Shown here: one piece after another, positions 28,213-32,000 of the stretch
How positions within the stretch are numbered: the first letter of the stretch is position 1
How the letters are laid out: the number at the start of each line of letters is the position of its first letter
NCBI GenBank assembly: GCA_044229835.1
Contig: JBGASF010000085.1
Span: forward strand, 273-32,272
Reading direction: 5' to 3'
DNA: 32,000 bases
DNA from: Polyangia bacterium
GTDB lineage: Bacteria; Myxococcota_A; Polyangia; Haliangiales; JADYYK01
Program-made: the position numbers and the translations under genes
Notes under the pieces: model-generated
Databases searched by the model: none
What the model saw: only the letters and a program-made list of their open reading frames with translations
Told to the model about the DNA's origin: nothing

Positions 28213-28241
28213 TACCTCTAGCCCTTCGGGCTAGAGGTACT
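28211..28241. terminator. Perfect 14-bp hairpin between convergent genes (putative bidirectional terminator)
   Basis: agtacctctagccc ttc gggctagaggtact. The right arm includes the stop codon and the last codons of the minus-strand gene 28231..28953. Confidence 0.6.
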
Positions 28242-28953
28242 GCTGCTCCTTCTCGCAGTACCAGCGGTTGTGCTCGGCGACCCAGCGCAGCGGCGCGCCG
28301 CAGCGGGTGCACGGGGTGACCTGGGCGGGAGCCTGCGGGGCCATGCCCATGGGCTGCTGCATGCCGGGCATGCCCATCGGGGGCTGCTGGGGCATGCCGG
28401 GGAAGCCGCCGCCGGCCGCCACCGGGGCGCCGCCCGCCTTGGCGGCCATGCCGTCGGGCGACTCCTCCCACTGCTTCATCATCAGGCCGCCCGCGATCCC
28501 CGCCGCGCCGGCCAGCAGGGCCAGGGGGAAGCCGAAGCTGACCCCGATCTTGCCGCCGTCGCCGGGGACGCTGGCGAAGAAGATGATCGACAGGAGCAGG
28601 TACGAGCTGCCCATGCCGATGGCGTTCTTCGACAGCGCCAGCGGGCCCGACCCGATGACCTTGCGCATGCCGACCGCGGCCGCGGCGCCGCCACAGATCA
28701 GGCCGCCGATGGCGCCGAACACCATGACGAAGGTGCCCATGGTGGCCCAGGTGCTGCCGCTGCCCCGGCGCGCCGCCTTGTCGAGCGACATGCTCTCGCA
28801 CTCGCCTCCGCGGCACATCTCGATGCCGGTGGGACCGACCGAGATGCTGCGACGCCCCTCACCAGCCGACCACCAGGTCTTGGTGAACGCCGTGATGAAC
28901 ATGAAGAGTGCCGCACCCGCCAGCAGTCCAAGAGCCAGTTTGCGCTTGTCCAA
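28231..28953 (-). CDS. Hypothetical membrane protein with a P/M/Q/G-rich linker and a C-terminal Cys motif
   Basis: 240 aa. The TTG start is preceded by GGAGGGGGAC. About 4 TM segments are present. The linker reads GGFPGMPQQPPMGMPGMQQPMGMAPQAP. The C-terminus reads CTRCGAPLRWVAEHNRWYCEKEQQYL, a zinc-ribbon-like motif with only 3 Cys. Confidence 0.65.
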   Translation of the reverse strand: MDKRKLALGLLAGAALFMFITAFTKTWWSAGEGRRSISVGPTGIEMCRGGECESMSLDKAARRGSGSTWATMGTFVMVFGAIGGLICGGAAAAVGMRKVIGSGPLALSKNAIGMGSSYLLLSIIFFASVPGDGGKIGVSFGFPLALLAGAAGIAGGLMMKQWEESPDGMAAKAGGAPVAAGGGFPGMPQQPPMGMPGMQQPMGMAPQAPAQVTPCTRCGAPLRWVAEHNRWYCEKEQQYL

Positions 28954-29045
28954 GTCCCCCTCCAGGTCGAAAAGTGTGGCGGCATGCTACCAGAATCCGG
29001 CGCCCGCGGTGGAAACCTCTGACCACGCGTGATACGCAGGCCGTC

Positions 29046-30281
29046 ATGAACCGGGATGGGCACCGGGATGGGCAGCACGGCGGCTTGCGGCTCGGCTTCA
29101 TCAGCGGGCGCATGTGCTCGCGTGGCACCGGCGCGGACGCCGGCAAGCTGTATTGCCACCCGGGTCTGGGCCGCCTGGTCGACGCCCTGCGCGGCCGGGT
29201 CGGCCAGCTGACCGTGGCCATGAGCCTGGCCCCTGAACGTCCGACCGTGCACGACCATCAAGTCGACATGGCCGAGGCCGACTTCGTGGCGCTACCCCAC
29301 CTGCCCAGCACAATCGCGGGATTACGCCAGGATCTGCCGTGCCGGCGGGTGTTCGCCGAGGTCGAGCGGCGCTCCGACGCGGTCATCGTCCAGCTGCCGT
29401 TCTCGCCGCCCAGCGCGCTGGCGCCGGCGCACCGGCCGCGGGTCTATCACGTCTGCGCCGACGTCCCCAGCGTGGTGCGGGCCTCGCCCTACTACCAGGG
29501 GCTGCGGCGCCTGGTCGCGGTGGGCGCCGCCGATGCCATCCACCTGTGGACGCGGGCCCTGGTGCACCGGCAGCGCTGTCGCGTGGTCACCAATGGCGGC
29601 GCGCTGATGGAGCGGCTGGGGCGACCGGCGGGCAGCGTCGGGGTCAGCTCGTCGCTGCTTGCCGCCGAGGTCGGCTCGGTGGCCCGGGCGCGCCCGGCGG
29701 GGGCGCCGTTCCGGGTGCTGTTCGTCGGCTACCTGCGCCCCGAGAAGGGCCTCGACGTGCTGATGGCGGCCTATGCGCGGCTGTGTGACGACCTGCCCGG
29801 CAGCGAGCTGGTGATCGTCGGTCAGCAGGATCTCGACGAGGGCGGCGCGGCGCGCGAGTTCGCGGCCGCGGTGGCGGCGCTGGGGGCGCGCGGGCGGGTC
29901 ACCCTGCGCGGCCACCTGCCGTTCGGGCCGGCGCTGTTCCGCGAGTTCGCCGACGCCGACGTGCTGGCGGTGCCCAGCCGCAGCGAGGGCACCCCGCGCG
30001 TGCTGGTGGAGGCGCGCGCGTTCGGCTGCCCGGTGGTGGGGACCCGCGTCGGCGGCATCCCGACCTCGGTGCGCGACGGCGAGGATGGCCTGCTGGTGCC
30101 GCCCGATGACGCCGGGGCGCTGCACGCCGCGCTGCTGCGCATCGCGCGCGAGCCCGCGCTGACGGCGCGGCTGGTCGAGCACGGCTATGCGGCGGCGCGC
30201 CGGGCCACCGTCGATGCGTTTGCGCTGCAATTGCTCGCCGAGGTGGATACTCTGCTCGGCCACGCCAGGGAGGCCAGCTGA
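29046..30281 (+). CDS. Glycosyltransferase family 4 (GT-B, RfaG-like)
   Basis: The C-terminal domain reads FRVLFVGYLRPEKGLDVL...LVIVGQ...ADVLAVPSRSEGTPRVLVEARAFGCPVVGTRVGGIPTSVRDGEDGLLVPPDD, which carries the E-x7-E region. The ATG at 29046 avoids overlap with the divergent gene. Confidence 0.85.
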   Translation: MNRDGHRDGQHGGLRLGFISGRMCSRGTGADAGKLYCHPGLGRLVDALRGRVGQLTVAMSLAPERPTVHDHQVDMAEADFVALPHLPSTIAGLRQDLPCRRVFAEVERRSDAVIVQLPFSPPSALAPAHRPRVYHVCADVPSVVRASPYYQGLRRLVAVGAADAIHLWTRALVHRQRCRVVTNGGALMERLGRPAGSVGVSSSLLAAEVGSVARARPAGAPFRVLFVGYLRPEKGLDVLMAAYARLCDDLPGSELVIVGQQDLDEGGAAREFAAAVAALGARGRVTLRGHLPFGPALFREFADADVLAVPSRSEGTPRVLVEARAFGCPVVGTRVGGIPTSVRDGEDGLLVPPDDAGALHAALLRIAREPALTARLVEHGYAAARRATVDAFALQLLAEVDTLLGHAREAS

Positions 30282-30883
30282 TGGGCAGCAAGGACGCGAC
30301 CGAGATCGTCGAACAGAGTCGGCTCAAGCGCGCGCTGGCGTATGCCTGGTTCGAGGGCGTGATGTGGGCGACCGCGCCGCTGCCCGACTTCCGCGCGGTG
30401 CAGCGGCTGCGCGGGCGGCTGCTGGCGCCATGCTTCAAGAAGTGCGGCAAGAACGTGATGATCGCCAAGGACGTCAGCGCGTCGTACACCACCAGCATCG
30501 AGCTCGGCGACGACGTCTGGATCGCGCGCGGCTCGTGGCTGATGGGCTATGGCGGGATCCGGCTCGACGACGAGGCCATGCTGGGGCCGTACACCGTGCT
30601 GGCGGGCGCGCTGCACAGCAAGCACGAGGGCTCGTACCGGCACGGCACGCCCAAGGGGGCGCCCATCGTGATCGGGCGCGGGGCCTGGACCGGGGCGCAC
30701 TCGGTGGTGATCGCGGGGGTCACGGTCGGCGAGGGCGCCGCGGTTTCGGCGGGCTGCATGGTGACGGTGGATGTCCCGGCGCAGGCCATGATCACGGGCG
30801 TGCCGGGGCGGGTGGTCAAGCCGGCCGCGACCGAGCCAGGGAAGGACAAGGGCGACAAGGGTGAGGAGGCGCGGGCGAAGTGA
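30281..30883 (+). CDS. Hexapeptide-repeat (left-handed beta-helix) O-acetyltransferase
   Basis: 200 aa. The ATG overlaps the GT4 stop. Hexapeptide repeats read IGDDVWIARGSWL, IRLDDEAMLGPYTVL and IGRGAWTGAHSVVIAGVTVGEGAAVSAGCMV. The protein has a Lys/Glu-rich tail. Confidence 0.85.
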   Translation: MGSKDATEIVEQSRLKRALAYAWFEGVMWATAPLPDFRAVQRLRGRLLAPCFKKCGKNVMIAKDVSASYTTSIELGDDVWIARGSWLMGYGGIRLDDEAMLGPYTVLAGALHSKHEGSYRHGTPKGAPIVIGRGAWTGAHSVVIAGVTVGEGAAVSAGCMVTVDVPAQAMITGVPGRVVKPAATEPGKDKGDKGEEARAK

Positions 30884-32000
30884 GCGCTGGCGTCCCCGCC
30901 GCGGTCGAGGTCGAGGCCATCCTTCGCGAGGCCGGGGTCGGGGCCGAGGGCCCGACCGGGGTGCTCAAGGCGGCGCGCCGGCTGGCGCCGCTGATCAGCG
31001 CGCAGCCGCGGGTGGCGCTGCTGGCGTCGTTCGCGGGCCAGCTGCTGGAGCCGTACTTCGTGGTCGAGGCGGCGCGCGCCGGGCTGCCGCTGCGCATGTG
31101 GGCGGCGCCGTTCGGCCAGTTCGAGCAGCTGGTGCTCGACACCGGGTCGGCGCTGTGGGCCTCGGCGCCCGACGTGCTGGTGGTGGTGCTGCGCCTGGGC
31201 GAGGTCGACCGGCGGCTGGTCGACGAGGCGCCCGAGCTGGGGCCGGCGGGGGTCAGCGCGCGGCTGGCGGTGCTGCGCGGCCGGCTGGTCGGGCTGGCGC
31301 GCGAGCTCAGGGCGCGCTCGGCGGCGCCGGTGCTGGTGGCCAACCTGGCGCTGGAGGGGCCGGTGGCGCTGTTCGACGCCAGCGACCCGGACGGCTTCGC
31401 GCACCTGCTCGCCGAGCACAACCAGCTGCTGGCGCGCGAGCTCCGCGAGGTCGCCGACGCCCACGTGTTCGACTATGCCGGCACGGTGGCCGAGGTCGGC
31501 GCGCTGCGCTTCGCCGACGCCAAGCTGTGGGCGATGGCGCGCGCGGTGGGCAGCACCGAGGCGCACGTGGCGATGGCGCGGCGGCTGGCCAGCTCGGCGC
31601 GCGCGCTGCTGCGGCCCGCCCACAAGTGCATCGTGGTCGATCTGGATCACACCCTGTGGGGCGGAGTGCTGGGCGACGATGGGCCGGCGGGGCTGAAGCT
31701 GGGCGACGACGGCGTGGGCGCGCTGTACAAGGACCTGCAGGCGGCGCTGCTGGGCTACCGGCGTCGCGGCATGCTGCTGGCGGTGGCCAGCAAGAACGAC
31801 GACGCGGTCGCGCGCGAGGCGCTGGCGACGCACCCCGAGATGCTGCTGCGCCCGGGCGACTTCGCCGCCATGGCGATCGGGTGGGGGCCCAAGTCGGACG
31901 GCCTCAGGGCCATCGCGAAGGCGCTCAACATCGGCGTCGATGCGCTGGTGTTCGTCGACGACAGCCCGGTCGAGCGCGCCGAGGTGCGCGCCGCGCTGCC
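30880..32000 (+). CDS. FkbH-like HAD-superfamily (subfamily IIIC) phosphatase-domain protein, 5' partial (continues beyond the window)
   Basis: I translated this by hand from the GTG at 30880, which overlaps the upstream stop (GTGA). The frame stays open to the window end. It contains KCIVVDLDHTLWGGVLGDDG...GMLLAVASKNDDAVAREAL..HPEMLL...GWGPKSDGLRAIAKALNIGVDALVFVDDSPVERAEV, matching the FkbH/HAD-IIIC signature (DLDnTLWgG, SKN, FiDDnp.Er). This ORF is not in the supplied track because it has no stop. Confidence 0.8.
   Translation, partial: MSAGVPAAVEVEAILREAGVGAEGPTGVLKAARRLAPLISAQPRVALLASFAGQLLEPYFVVEAARAGLPLRMWAAPFGQFEQLVLDTGSALWASAPDVLVVVLRLGEVDRRLVDEAPELGPAGVSARLAVLRGRLVGLARELRARSAAPVLVANLALEGPVALFDASDPDGFAHLLAEHNQLLARELREVADAHVFDYAGTVAEVGALRFADAKLWAMARAVGSTEAHVAMARRLASSARALLRPAHKCIVVDLDHTLWGGVLGDDGPAGLKLGDDGVGALYKDLQAALLGYRRRGMLLAVASKNDDAVAREALATHPEMLLRPGDFAAMAIGWGPKSDGLRAIAKALNIGVDALVFVDDSPVERAEVRAAL

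Noticed and set aside
28159-28233. Stop-codon read-through peptide after the HD-GYP gene (GERKGSGVGAGVGTGVGQYL) and the analogous read-through after accA
   Set aside because: The in-frame extensions are just translations of the hexamer tracts. Nothing in the sequence suggests a recoding signal. The accA extension runs on into the next gene's region without meaning.

Overview
Very GC-rich, densely coding bacterial chromosomal window. GC is about 70% or more by eye, not computed. The many eukaryotic-like Ser/Thr kinases, an ECF sigma factor, HD-GYP signalling proteins, low-complexity P/T/S/G linkers and GTG/TTG starts suggest a Myxococcota-like organism; this is inference only. I support about 31 protein genes and one RNA gene.

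Gene order:
- Possible mutL 3' end, miaA, accA, and a TPR-rhomboid protease.
- A tandem two-domain ThyX-like protein.
- An operon of an extensin-like/LAS metallopeptidase, a secreted beta-rich protein and a stand-alone class III nucleotide cyclase.
- An AHL-lactonase-like MBL hydrolase and a small membrane protein.
- An orphan tandem phage-tail-tube-like protein.
- A TlpA-like redoxin lipoprotein, a His-rich 10-TM membrane protein and a tiny His-rich lipoprotein.
- tRNA-Sec (selC).
- An alkaline-phosphatase-superfamily protein, a putative outer-membrane barrel and TatD.
- An unknown 141-aa protein with a PTH2-like protein.
- A Spy/CpxP-like protein with a Gly-rich tail.
- A ClC channel with CBS domains.
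- A PaaI thioesterase, ECF sigma and MarR operon.
- Two convergent Ser/Thr kinases, one with a TolB-like propeller tail and one with an OmpA-like tail.
- A CheY-like receiver and a REC-HD-GYP-REC-HD-GYP protein.
- A membrane protein.
- A glycosyltransferase, hexapeptide acetyltransferase and FkbH-like HAD-IIIC cluster that runs off the window.

Most noteworthy observations:
- The isolated duplicated tail-tube-like gene has no other contractile-injection genes nearby.
- Three intergenic hexanucleotide microsatellites each run directly into a hairpin. The same hexamer unit also encodes a (TS)n linker in a coding region.
- The tandem ThyX-like protein has the catalytic motif split between its two halves.
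- selC is present.
- A perfect 20-bp palindrome sits immediately upstream of the ClC gene.
- One kinase carries a 101-residue insertion in its activation segment.

No CRISPR array, transposase, integrase or rRNA was seen. The many long antisense ORFs in the track are GC-driven shadow ORFs.
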